From positions 64,903 through 128,902 of the forward strand of contig FLMG01000761.1 in assembly GCA_900088475.1 (NCBI GenBank): a stretch of DNA of 64,000 bases. Reading direction: 5' to 3'. Below are positions 25,740-38,800 of this stretch, piece after piece. The position numbers and the translations under genes were made by a program. The notes beneath the pieces are model-generated. The model was not told the DNA's origin. It saw only the letters and a list, made by a program, of their open reading frames with translations, and made no database searches. How positions within the stretch are numbered: the stretch's first letter is position 1; the number at the start of each line of letters is the position of its first letter. This DNA is from Hyphochytrium catenoides. Taxonomy: Eukaryota > Protista > Hyphochytriomycota.

Positions 25740-28700
25740 ATGAACAGTCAGACGACATACGACCAGACTATTGACGATAGCATCCGGGAACCTTTGCTCA
25801 GACGAGAAAGAGAAGACGAGACGTCTCCCTTTCTTAACATAGATCCGTCTTCTTCAGAAAGAGCTGCCAGTCAGCAGCAGGGGCCTCGAAGACGAGTGGG
25901 AGGAGGTTCGAATCCACAGAGCCCCCAAGGACCCCAGGTAACCCGGGAAGCCTCATTGTTTATGGCGGCTAACATTTGCCACGGGTTTATGGTCGTGCCA
26001 CGCGATTAACTCTTTCTGTCCGCCACTATTACGTCTCTGTGGATGGGTTCCCCTTTACGGGCCGAGAGGCCTGCTCGCTGTTGCATATTCACGCCTCTAT
26101 TCCCTTTCCCGTCATCAGCACTGGAAAGCACCTGCTAAGACATCTCTGTCTTCTCTTCTATCTAACGGTTGCCAATGTCTGCACAATGGTTTATCCTATC
26201 CTTTGGTGCCAGAAGCCATCATACAGCACAATGGGACCCAGGAAGGTGGTGGACAGGAGCTACTATGACTTGATGGGAATCGACCCATCAGCTTCAGAAG
26301 AAGACATCAAGCGGGCGTACCGACGGAAAGCCTTGCAACTTCACCCCGATAAAAGAGGCAACTCCCCTGAGGCACAGGAGGAGGTAGCACACTTAGCTGC
26401 TCTTGCATTTAACATTTACTTCCTATTTGAGTTGGCTATATCTAGATTGTCCACGATCGCAGTGCATCATCTTGGATTGCCTTTTCTACTTCTCTAACCT
26501 CTGTTCCTCAATCCCTGATCGTGACTTATGAGGGTTCTCTGTCTCTTTTCTCTCTCTAAACCCTAGTGGACTCGCTCAAATCTCTTAGACCTATGTCTGT
26601 CTAGTTTGCGAGCTTGCTCAGCCAGAATCACCTCTCTTATGTGCCCCGCTACCTACGTTATTGGAATTGTCATTTTGTTATCTAAGCCTGGACGCCCTTA
26701 AGTCTAACCAGAGCTTGATACTGTCTGCAGTTTACACGGATGAAGCAAGCTTACGATGTACTATCAGACCCAAACAAAAGAGAGATCTATGACAAGTAAG
26801 GCGCCTTCTGTTCCTCTGTCTTTCTTTGGTCAAGCTTTGTTCGTTGGTCTAAGCAAACGCCTCTTCAATCTCTCCAAACCCTTCCCAACGCATCTACATA
26901 TCTGTCGCCCTCTACGCCAATCTCTTCATTGTGTACTTACGTGGTCACTCTTCGTACGTCTTCACAGCTATCTGATGTTCTCCACAGTGAGCAATTGACT
27001 CTTGCGTCCCCTACCTGACACACTCTCTTTCTCTCACTCTCTCACTCTTGTGTTCTGTTTCACATAGTATGGGGGAAGACGGTCTGAAAGTTATGGAAGA
27101 GTTTGATAGTCTAGATCCGGAGACATTTTCCGTCCTGTTGATGCGATCTTTTCTTGCTTCGAGCAAAAAGGCGCGGTTTATCTTCATCCTGGTTCTCCTC
27201 CTAGTTGTGGGCTTTATGACCCTCTTCCCCATCCTTCTCTGTCTCTGGCTCGATGGCATCATCCACACCAAGTTTGCTGTTGTTATGTTGCCCTTATGGC
27301 TGGGAGATGCAATAGCTCTTTGGTGCGTTGGCTTCAATGCTGCGGCCCCAGGGGAGGGAGGAGAGGACACAGAAAGTAAAGCAGGAAAGACGCACTGGAA
27401 GAAGATGTGAGTGAATCTTTGTCTGAGGCATATTTGGGATCATGGTAGCCTCGCCGTCGTTGTTTATCCATTTGCCGTCTCACTAGAAGCTTAGTCTCGT
27501 ATCTGCCTTACCTCTATCCGCCACACCTACCTTAGCAAGGTGTCTCCCGCCCGCATTCCTTTCTCTATATGCTATCGCAGAGCGTCCCCTCTTTCAGGCT
27601 TTCGGCATTTGGTCCTTCCCTCTAATAACTCTTTTCCCTCACTACTAGCAAGCTTCATAAGTCAGCTGCGGCACAGGGCACTCAGCTAATGCTACATTGT
27701 CCTAACGCTTAATTGCTGCTCTTTTTCTTTGGGAATCTTCTATTCGTAGCTCAAGAATGGTCAAAGCCTTCTGTGCTGTTCTGCTTCAGATTTTTGTATG
27801 CTTGCGGATAGATGGAGTGATCCATTGGTCAGCCTTTGCCTTGCTGGCCCCCTGGTACGCGTTTGAGGTCCTTCTACTGGCAGAGAAGGCCTCTGTGGGC
27901 TATCGGGTCCTAAGAAGTATATCTCTCTCCGCTAGAAGAGCTGACAGGTCAATGAGCTTACTGGCTATCTATTGTTGGGTGACTCCTCTCTAGTGCTTTT
28001 GCTTCATGCTTTGCTCCCTATCAGTTGCCTTTGCTGGCATCTCCTTCCAAGCCGTCTTTCTTCCCTGCTTTCGTCTCAGTCGCACTTGCGGTATGTGTGG
28101 ACCGGCAGGTCGAGGCAGTCGACTGCCTCTCCATTGCTGCACTCCCTCCTTTCAGTAAATATGGGTCTCTTTGAGCTTTCCTATAGCTCCTATCGCTGGT
28201 CAACATGCACTTGCTTGAGCTGCTCTTCTCCAAACTCCATCCGCATCCTTGACTTTCGTCTGGCTACTAGTCTCGCCCTCTGAAAGTTGACTCGATCTCT
28301 CTAAATTATCACATCTCTTTAACTTGTAGGGACCCAGTGATATCGGAGAAGCGTTCCTCTGCTGTTTGGTTCAAGCTCGCTTTCAGCCTTCTGTGGAGCC
28401 TTTCCCGAATCGTCCTAGGTGTACTAATAGCCCTTAGAATTGACGGCACATTGCGAATTAGCTGGTGGCTTGTCTTCCTCCCGCTTTGGCTAGCTGCCGG
28501 GATGGACATTCTTAAGCAACTGTTAGACTGCGGTGCCTCGAGCGATGCCAGCAAAAAGAAGACAGAGAGTGAAGAGGTTAGTAGCACTCTGTGAACTGTC
28601 AATCTATTTTGTCGCTTTGACCATCTTCTCACACTTTTTCTGGCTTAATGGTCACTAACTGTTGTTAGCTCAATGTCTCTTTCGGTTGCCGACTCGGTGC

Positions 28701-29362
28701 CTGATGGTCCTCGATCTCCCGCTCTTTCTGTCTCTCCCTCTATCTGCCCTTGGTTATCTGTGCTTTTTGTCTGATGCTTTGCATATTGCTCTCGGCTGCG
28801 GACTTTGTAGGAGACCGACCAGTTCACTACCTCTGCGACCTCTGAGGATAGCGCCACGCACGAAGAGCCAGGAGACACTGCAGCGACCGCCTTTATGAAC
28901 CTTATCGTCATCGCTATCTGGTTATCGACCTCAATCATCATCGTGGCTCTCATACAGGGCAACAGAGGCTTTTCTGCTTTCTACGCGGCGATCCCAATTT
29001 TTATAGTGGTAAATGAGGCTCTCTATGATTCTCCAGGATTTCGTTGCACTAGACTTTGCCATGTAGCGCATGGATTCTCTTCATAGGCTACGGCCCTTCT
29101 TCAGGCTATTCCAGTCATGCTCCTCTTCTGCTCTCGTCATCTAATGATCAACGCTTTTCGTTGTCTAACACGCTTTGGCCTATAGATTGGACTTGTCTTG
29201 TTCTGCGTACTATGCCAGGTGATGTGCATGACAGATCGCGGACAGGATCAGGCGGAGTCACCGCACACGCCGAATCACCCAGATTCCTCAGTTCCCTATT
29301 ACAACGACCAGAAGGGCCAAGCTTCTCAAGAGAAAGGAAATGGCGGAGAGACAAGAGTGTAG
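25740..29362 (+). CDS. DnaJ (J-domain) protein fused to multiple TMEM185/Fragile-X-F-like transmembrane repeats, about 8 exons
   Basis: J-domain YYDLMGI...IKRAYRRKALQLHPDK...|FTRMKQAYDVLSDPNKREIYD. Repeated TM motifs LWLDGIIH..PLWL, LRIDGVIHWS..APW and LRIDGTLRISWWLVFLPLWL. The last exon ends GETRV*. Confidence 0.8.
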
Positions 29363-30119
29363 CACGAGAGAGAGTTTGCTGGAGATAGAAGGCTCAGCTA
29401 TTCCATTCTCTGTACGATACTACTACCTTTATCTTTTCCGTTAGGAGAGAGCTCTTCGGAGGCGGAATGTACAAAGCCGAACTGGCTCCTTTTGTTTTTT
29501 GTAAAGAAGAATAGTTTGCCTCAAGCCCACGTTTCGTTTCTCCATGTCGTTTCGTTTCTACGTCTTTTACTGTTAGCTCGTCTCTCTTACTGTTAGCTCG
29601 TCCTGTTCTATGGTCACACAGCATCAGCTCCCTTAAAAAGCGTCTCTCTGCTGGTGAGCTCCCAACTGTAGATCCGCGCTCCACCTTACATCTCCGCATC
29701 TCTCCCGCTTCTTACAGTTGCGAGCTGAGAGGAGCTTGTGAGCTCGGTCAACACTGCACTGCAATTTGCATCTGGCAACTGCACGGTGAACTACTGGCCT
29801 GGGCTTGGGGCTTGGCTGACAGAACTCTTCAAGAATCTTGGCGCATCATCATCACTTCTCTCTCATCATCCTATTTCTCCGTGTGGCTGCCCTTGCATGA
29901 AGTTCAGTTTGTGAGGCTTTGGCTCTTTGGCTTCCCGCTTGGCTTCAATCTTCAAGCGCACCTTTGAGAAAAACCATCATGAAATCAAAGTGCAGGTGCG
30001 TGCGCTCAAGTGGAAGCAAGCGGTTTCCGCTAGCAGACAGATGGTGATAAGCGCACGGTTTTACGCACTACAATGCGCACAAGATAATTGGACCCGTAAC
30101 GACTAGTATTTTTTCAACT

Positions 30120-30142
30120 TTCAAACCTCTCTCCAACGGTTA
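30120..30142 (+). promoter_or_regulatory. CHR (TTCAAA) plus MSA/Myb element (TCCAACGGTTA) upstream of kinesin-8
   Basis: TTCAAA at 30120-30125 is the reverse complement of CHR TTTGAA. TCCAACGGTTA at 30132-30142 matches the MSA consensus YCYAACGGYYA exactly. Confidence 0.5.
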
Positions 30143-30976
30143 TGATGAGGGACAGACAGGGAGCAGGAGAGAGGACGGAATAGGAGAGAGGGAAGAAGAG
30201 AGAGAGAGACAGAACAAGAGAGAGAGACAAAAAGAGAGAGAGAGAGAGAGAAGAGAGAAAGAGTGGAGAATGAAACAGAGACACAGAGAGAGAGACAGAG
30301 AGAGAAAGAAAGGGGGAGAGACCTCCAATGAGTGAGCAAGAAGAGAAAGCGGCCCGCCGTCTTGGTGCAGGAGGTCCCAGCAGCTACCTCGCCTGATAAA
30401 GGCAAGCCAGGCCGCGCTTGTGCGATAGCTCCAGCGGATTATTCCTAGGATTATGACCCGAGGACACACGGCCATCGACTGCCGCTTGTTCATCACAAAT
30501 TTCTCTTTCTCTTCCTTGTAGTTGGGCTCCTCGGCTCTTCTTGAAGTGCATTGGCCAGCCGCACTCGGGCAGGGCTCTAGCGCCATAGACAGCAGCGTTG
30601 GCCTACACGCTGACCATGTTTGGTTGCTAGGTAACCTTCCTCTTCCTTCTTTCTTTCTCCCCTTGTGTCTCCTTCGGTCTCTTCCCCTCGCTCCCTATCT
30701 TTCAATGTCTTCGGATGCCCAGAGAGAGCTCTGTCTCGACTTGGGTTTTCTTTAGAGTGGGCTGTTCTTTCTCTCTCTCTCTCTCACACATCACGCTTGC
30801 CTACCGGTCAACTAGATAGCTCTCCTCTTCCCTACAATGACCGAAGCGTGCTCGACCACCGCCCTTCCCTTTTCTCTCCTTTGACGACAATCCCATGCAT
30901 ATCTTATTAACATGGCGTGCTTTCTCTCTCTCTCACATACTCTCTCTCTCTTTCCATCAGACATTAGCCTGCAAGA

Positions 30977-31500
30977 ATGACCACAACGGACAGGGAGGGG
31001 CCTCCGCCCTCGATGGTGGTATGTTGCTAGTTTGCTTTTGTTGCCTTGACTCTCGCTGTCTCCTTTTTGTCTGTCTCGCTTCTCTCTCTCTCTCTCTGTC
31101 TCCTGCTCTCCCTCTCCCAACCTCTTCCCCGTTTATCAACCTCATGCACTGCACGTTCGAGAGTGCTTGTCTTCTCAGATGCGACCGCTGTGCTGACTAC
31201 TTGCCTTCCGTATGCCTAGGTTGCAGTACGCGTGAGACCCCTTTCTGCCCGGGAGCAGGCAGAGGGCCATCGTCCCTGTTGTGAGGTCCACGGAGAGGTG
31301 ATAACCTTTCTCTTGTTCCGCTTCACTGTTCCGCTTCACTCTTCTCCCTGACATCTTCCTTATCTCTTTTTCGAAATGGTCTCTTTCTCCTTTGAAGGAG
31401 GTGACTCTTTCTGTGAGTCTTCTGCCATCGGTTTGCTTCCTCTTTGTTCTGCTCCTAATCCCTCTTGTAAATCTCTCTTCTCTCTGTCTTCTCTCTCTTT

Positions 31501-31539
<39 letters not shown>

Positions 31540-31916
31540 NNNNNNNNNNNNNNNNNNNNNNNNNNNNNNNNNNNNNNNNNNNNNNNNNNNNNNNNNNNNN
31601 NNNNNNGCAAGGACAAGTTCATGAGTTTGCCTATGATTACGCCTTCGGCCCAGAGGTAAACCGGTGACTCCTTTCCCTTGCCCTCTTTGCCTCTCTCTTT
31701 CGTCTCACCTCATACTTTCCTCGTCTTGTAGGCAAGCCAGGCGCGGGTCTATCAAAGTACCGCCAAGCCTCTGATTCCTTACCTGCTGGAAGGATACAAT
31801 GCCACCGTCTTCGCGTAAGCCTTGTGGATCCTCTCACTTCTCCACTACTCACCTTATATCCCTGCTGCCAGCGATATTGTCATTCTCTGCTTACCAAGAT
31901 GGGGTCCCTCTCTCTC

Positions 31917-31949
<33 letters not shown>

Positions 31950-33293
31950 GCCCTGCCGGCCTCGCTGTCGTGTTCATCTGCCTACTCAGTTATGGCGCAA
32001 CGGGAGCCGGCAAAACCCACACTATGATGGGCTCCGAGAGAGATGGGGATAACTCCCGGTCCAAAAGCTTGGAACATGGCAGCGGCATCATTCCCCAGTC
32101 TCTGTTTGAAATCTTTAACCTCATTGAACAGAAAAGAGGAACAGATTCAGCTAAAGTAAACCCGCTGACCTCTCTTTCCACTATCTGCGTATCTTCTTTC
32201 TGTCTGTCTCTCACTTTCTCATAACTTTGGAGAAGGGCCGTGAGTCTCATTTTAAATGTCCCTCTCCACGTCCAGTCTCTTCTGTCTCTCGTTTTGCTCT
32301 CCGGCAGCTCGCAGTCCCATTTCTGACTCCTGTCGCACAGTACGGGTTGGAATCCTCCAGCTGGAAGGTGATGGTATCTTATTTGGAAGTGTACAATGAG
32401 CAGATCTACGACCTGCTCAATCCCTCGACGAGGACTTTGCAGATTAGGGAGGATGCAGGTCCACAAGCCCTCTTCTTCTGATGACTTCTCCACAGTTCTG
32501 CTCCTTCTTTCTACTGCCATCATGTGCTTTCAGTGATCTCTTTGTCTCTAGTTTTTGCCTTTCTTCTCACGTCTGGTCGGTTAGTAACTGGGATTCCTAT
32601 CCATTTACAGCCCAAGGTGTGGTCCATGTGGCCGGTCTGGCGGAAATAGAGGTACAGAATGCAGGAGAAGTGATGGATCTCCTCCGAAGGTAAAGGAAAG
32701 GACTTCTTCAATCTTTGAAACGAGTGTGATAACCTTCCTGGGTGGACATCGTCTCTCTTCTTGCTAACTTACCTCTCACACGCTGATCACCCCATGCAGG
32801 GGAAACCAGCAAAGGAAAACAGAGCCCACGGCCGCAAACCAGGTGAGTTCCCCCTGAAGTAGAAATTGCTGGGGCCAGGCTTTTCTAGCAGTGTTCCTGT
32901 CCAACTTCTTCAGTTTTCCTATCTCTAACTGCTGCTGCTTCTGCCCTCTAATGTGATTTCTAGGTCTCCTCAAGATCGCACGCTGTACTGCAGATCACTG
33001 TGAAGTTCTCCTCAGTGCAAGCTGGGCAGAGACTAAACAAGGAAGGAAAACTATCTCTCATTGACCTGGCGGGCTCCGAAAGAGCCTCGAAAACCCAGAA
33101 CAGAGGGATAAGGCTGCATGAGGGAGCTAACATCAATAAGGTCAGCGCCGCACTTTGTGGATTGATGAACGTCACTTCCGTCTCCTCGTGACTGAGACTG
33201 CGTTGCGTTGAGAGTCCCTGAAGCTTGTCCCTGAAAGAGTCTCTTTCGACCTCGCTTCCTGCCATAGTTCAAGTTGATCTCTTCGCGTACTTT

Positions 33294-33326
<33 letters not shown>

Positions 33327-35616
33327 TTAGCTATAAATCCACCAGGTCGTCCCGTCTCTCACATCCACCTTTCTCCTGTCCTCTCGGTCTCTGGATCTCT
33401 CAGTCTCTTCTGGCCTTGGCAAACTGCATCAATGCCCTTGCAGCGAACAGTGGATTGGCGGCCACTCCTTCCCTCTCCTCTTCTTCAACCTTCTCTGCAC
33501 TAGACAGCTTTGCGACCCCTGCAAGAGCCACCAGAAGCATCAGGCGATCCATCCGTGTCCAGTACAGAGACAGCAAGCTAACACACCTACTCAAGGTCAT
33601 CTCGTTGTCCTTTCTCTCGCCTTCAAGAAGTCCTCATGATCCCTTCTCCGATCCTCTATTTCTCACTCTGCTAACCTTTATCTTCTCTTGCTTGCTGCGT
33701 CTCTAGACCTCTCTAGAGGGTAAGTGCCGCCTGGTTATGATCGCCAACGTTAGCGCTGCGAGCTCTTCGTTCGAAGAATCTCTAAACACTCTCAAGTAAG
33801 ACATGAAGCCATCTCGTCCCACCGTTCTTGTGCATTGCTTCTCTTCCTTTCGCTCTGTAACCATTCAGCTGCCAATCTGTTCTCGCGATTCTGCAATCTG
33901 TTAAGCCCGTTCAGGCAGACAAATGGCTCTTCTTTTTCTCCCCTAAGCCTTGTCTTTCGTGCTTTGCCTCTCTCTCGCTTTAGATATGCAAACAGAGCAA
34001 AGAACATCAAGGTTGTGCCAAAGGCCACTGTGATGACGGCAGAGCTATCCAACCTCCAGAGAGTTACGAGGCTGGAGGAAGAAAACGCCCAACTGCGCGA
34101 GAAGGTGGCATCTCTCCTCGCGTCTCGAACTCCTGCCCCGTCAGCAGTGCAGCCTTTCCTAGATCAAGGGAAGGAGAACGCCCCGCCTTCTGCCCGGAAA
34201 AAGAAGTGTCTCACTCCTGAGCCCTCCAAGAAGGTCCCACCTGGTCAGTAGACTGAACGGCTTAAGGATGGTGCCTCTCCAAGGCTCCCTGGGGTATAAG
34301 AACTCATCCCCGCATCCTTCTTTGTTGTCCTTATAGAATCGGAAGCCCTTACTGGACTGCAGCTACATGCGCTCTCCCTCTCGTCCACCGCGAAGAAGGG
34401 CAGTAGAAAGAGGGCGCTCCAACCTCCTTGCGAGACGACACAGGAAGAGGAAGAAGAGTTCCTTTCTCCTAAAAAGAGGGCCAGGAGGACACCAAGCCGA
34501 AACCGCAAGAGAGGCGCACCCGAAGACGAAACGGCACAGGAGACGATAGCAGATCTTAAGGTAAGCACTCAAGAGAAGCCGCACTACTTCTGCCATGTGG
34601 TTTGACCTACGTATGTCGCTCTAGCTATGGTAGAACTAGCTTCTTTGTCTCTTCCTTTACCTGTCAGCTCAGCTTAACAGGTTTGTCTGCGTCTCTGCTC
34701 CTCTTTGGCGAGCTAGGAACGTTTGAAGGAGCTCCAAGATGGAAGACGTGTCATGCTGGCACTGATAGATTCTCTGCAACAAAAGCTGGCGACGGCAGAG
34801 GCAGACAAGAAGGCTGCAGAGGAGAAAGCTGCTCTTGTTCTTACCCGTACCGCTTTGTCTCTTGAGGGAGAAAAAGAAGTGGCCAAGGTGCAAAAGTGCA
34901 CCTTGTCCGTCACTCCTGGCTCTCAAAAGCACGTTCAGACAGAGGGAGAGAAAGAGAGAGTACGAGGAAGACGGAACTCTCTTCTGCCGGCCCCAACTCC
35001 TGCCTATAAGCTCCGCCTGAGGGCGAGAGAGAGCATTGGTTCCTATTTGCCCACCCCTTGCCGAGATCTCTCTAGGATGGAGGAGACAGAGACCCAAAGC
35101 CAACCTGGAGGCGAAGGAGGAGAGATTATTGACACAGGAAGAGAAGAAGGCCTGCGGAGGAGCAGGAGAAGAGCCAGTCTCATCCCTCGTCTACCTTCGT
35201 ACAGCAGCGGCAAGCTTCTAACACCTGCCAGTAAAGAAAATGCCACCGCACTCCATGGCAGCGCCAGGTAAATGAGGCTCAGGAGACTGTTCAGAACAAA
35301 GGTTTTACAGAGAATAGGCGACATAGCGGGAGGGCGACATAGGGAGCAGGCGATAGAGAAAGACAGCGAAAGAGGAAGCAGGCAGGAGAGAGTAGAGGCC
35401 ACAGAGAGGAGACGATTCTCTAGGAGTCACTGTATGTGGCCCAATGGACTAACTAAATGCCCGCATTTCAGCTCTAGGTTCTCTTCCAAGCTTCCCATGG
35501 GAGTGAAGACCCGATCAATGACGGCTGTTCTGGAGACGCCAGAAGAAGAGGAGGCAGCTCCGGCCCATCCTACTTCCCAGAGAAAAATCCTCAGAGAGAT
35601 CACGAACCATGAGTGA
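30977..35616 (+). CDS. Kinesin-8 (KIF18/KIF19/Kip3-like) motor, at least 15 exons, one part lost in an N-gap
   Basis: MV|[16 protein letters not shown]|[12 protein letters not shown] (kinesin-8-like P-loop), [13 protein letters not shown]|[27 protein letters not shown]|[23 protein letters not shown] and LNTLK|YANRAKNIK. The tail has a coiled coil, KEN boxes and C-terminal RKILREITN. Confidence 0.93.
31540..31606. other. Assembly gap (N-run); others at 36512-36542, 40482-40547 and 46698-46770
   Basis: Runs of N. Three abut CT-rich tracts. The gaps at 31540 and 46698 remove expected coding sequence. Confidence 0.99.
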
Positions 35617-35861
35617 GGCGGTTGACTGTGAAGAAAGTATAAAGACTAATCAAGCGATACAAGCCTTTGCAAATGCTTTGCTCTACCGATAGGCTACACC
35701 TAGACGCGGCATAGTCAGACCGCCAAGGCACCTAGTGGGGGAAAGAGAGGAAAAAAGACCTGGGGACCATAGTACCGAGTAACAACATCAGAAGAGAGAA
35801 GGAGGTAACCATGGACGTGGGACTGATGTACTTTATTATAGGAATGTAAGGAGTTGCAGCT

Positions 35862-38800
35862 TTAGGTGGCATGCGGCTTAGTCCAGTTGTGAGGCACTGG
35901 CCCTGCGTCCGTGATGATTTCACGCTGAGATGACCAGACCAGGCGGATAGCCTCAGGAGGACCCAAAGCTCCTGCACGAGGGTCACCACAGGGGCCGAAC
36001 CTAGAGAGAGAGAAAGGTTACAACGCTACGCCGCCGACTAGAGATATGACTGGACAAAGAAAGGCTAGTAGACTGGAAGGCCTAGAGTTATTATAGCGTT
36101 CTTGCGCCGTAGCTCAAGTTCACAGAGGTAGAGCACCACGTATACCAAGGAGGGAAAGGTCACGTGCAGCGGCAATACGAAGGGTGCCAACCAGAGAAGG
36201 TAGCAGAGGACGTACCAGTGGTTCTGCGGTGCGCCAGTGGTTCTTGCTCGCAGTCCTACATAGGTTGTACCATTGACTGTGGAACCGAGAACCTACAATG
36301 CAGTGCGCACCAGCAATGAGATGAGTACGTAGGGAGAGGAAGAGCCATGGAGTCATGGCTCCTTTCTTTAGAGGCAGATCGGCAGATCCTTCTATCGTTT
36401 CTGGAGACTCTTGCTCGAGCATTAATGACTGCTAAAGTGTAAGGTCCCTCTTTCCCTTCCCTTTTGTGGACTTCGTGTTAGCGTAAGCGCTCTCTCTCTC
36501 TTCCCCCTTCCNNNNNNNNNNNNNNNNNNNNNNNNNNNNNNNTGCTGAAAGGCGACATCGTTAGAGACTATAGCTGCTGTGAGGTTGGCTGTCATCCTCT
36601 CCAAGCAGCTGAGCATTAGGTCCAGGTCAGTATCCTTCCACTCGGTCAAAACCTATTGAAGATCACAAGAGCCGTCAATATCACTTTCTACAAGCGCACT
36701 TCAAGAGGCTTACAACGGTGTGCAAGAGGAAGTGTCTGGGTAAAGAAGGAGAATAACAAGGTAGAACAAGAGAGCAAGAGATTAGAGCCTGAATGCCGTA
36801 CCGTCCTATGGCGTTAAACTCAGGATGAACAAGAAGAAGGCCAAATTGGAGACTTCGTGAGGGAGCCTCATAAGTAAGAGAAAGGGTGGGCATAAAGCGT
36901 AGGGAACGGAGAGAAGCAGATGTGACTGTCTTCCTACTTGTAGAGGGCCAAAGATTTCAGTGGTGCAGAGAGCAAAGTTTTCCTCCTTCGCTAACTCTTC
37001 CAGCGGTACGAAGACAGCTGTGGGCTCTATGGCTCCATATTGCTTAGGAATCTGGTGGTCGGCTAAGGTGAAGAAACAGTGGCTTAGACCGAAGAAAGGA
37101 ACGGTGATGAGTGAGGGGAGATAGGTCGGACACAGACACACCGGATTTTGAACGCGGTAGAAGAGACAGAGTAGGTACAATAGACGGCGAAAGACCAGCC
37201 CTAGCTTTTTGCATTAAAAAATCGAAGGAGCAAGAACGTCTTACCAAGCTCTTTGCCTCCAAAGGCCAATCTTGCACCTGGAATCTTGAGCAGTGCGTCG
37301 ACATGATCCTGGCGGAGATCGAGAAGAGTTGATGGGTGACATGGTCATCAAATCAAACGGATAAGTGAAACAGAGCAGAACTTTGAAGAACGAGGGGCAC
37401 AGAGGGCGCTATCCTAAGCAGTACCAGCATGCGCTTGGTAGTGACTGTAAGAACTGGGCCAATTGTAAGATCACTCAGGTGCCGCCGCTTGGCCAGTTGT
37501 TTGATGCGAGCCTCGAAGTCAGCCTTTACCCTATCAACAACCGATAAAATTGGTAAGCAGAGCAACAAATAGATACCAAGAGTAATCTATAGGGGAAAGG
37601 AAAAAGAAAGTGTGACGGACGAGAGGAGACAGGACTTCCAGCCAAGACATAGGAACTGCGCTTTACCAGTTCTTGTGCATGAAAACAATGGACTGAGCGG
37701 AGCACTTTTGACCCGAGCAAGCGTAGGCATCTTGGTCGCTAACGTAGGCCACATATTCTGGTTCATGCACGTCAGGCCCCAGAATCTGCATGTCGAATGT
37801 GGATTCAAAAGAGAGACCGGCGGTGAGTGGAGCGCGTAGCCAGGTTCAAGAAGATGAAAAAGGTCAACGAGCGGCAATGAGACGATGAGAGAGAGAGTGA
37901 ACAGTAATTAGACAGAAGTAGCGTGCGAAGAAACGAAGAAGAATTTGTGGATTCGACTCCTTGCGTTCCTCCTTTCTAAGATCCACGCACCTTCCAGTCA
38001 AAGCCCGCGTCCTCCACTTTGATCCTTCCATGAAGATCTTTGGCTAACTTCTCAGCCACATGGGCGGACCTGCCGGAATCAGCCATAAGATATCGCGGGA
38101 TGAAAGGACGAAGGGATAAGTCCAAGCTCTCTCACTGATAAGATCTGAAAAGCGATTACCCTGTGAACAGCGTATTCCTGGGGTGTCCGGCGAGCAGAAG
38201 CTTGTTCATCACAGGACCGTTGCTGTTGATGAAGTTTACGTCCGAGGCAGGTAGCCCACAGTGGATCAACATGCGTAAGCACTGCTCCATCACGATACTG
38301 ACCTTGGAGTCCACCTGCCGTTTTGAGCGAGAGAGAGAGAGAGGCAACAGAACGGGGGATTCAACCGAGAGAGAGGGGACAACAAAGTAAGGAGATTGGG
38401 GGCGAAAGTGACAGCGCATGGAGGAAGAGTGTGAGAGGCCAATGGCGGGAAGGATAGGCATTCACAAGGCTGGCCCCTGGGTTACTCTTGCCCTGTCCCC
38501 TTTTTCCTTTATGCCGCAAGATTATCTCTTCGCTGCTATTCTGTGTAAGACTAAGTCCCACCCAACAGGTCTCTGTTCGCTGAATATTCGTCTATTTCTC
38601 CCTCTTCCATTGGCTGTATACCTTTAGGGTTACGTGGTTGCCCATATAGAGTGCCGCCATCGCCTGCAGGATCGGGATTTCGAGAGGGAAGTTGAACGGC
38701 GTGACCACTGCCACGGCTCCATAGGGCCAGCGGTAGGATGTAGAGTACTGGCCGTGATGATCCCCAGGCTTGCTCTTCGCCTCAGCTAGGAAGCGAACCT

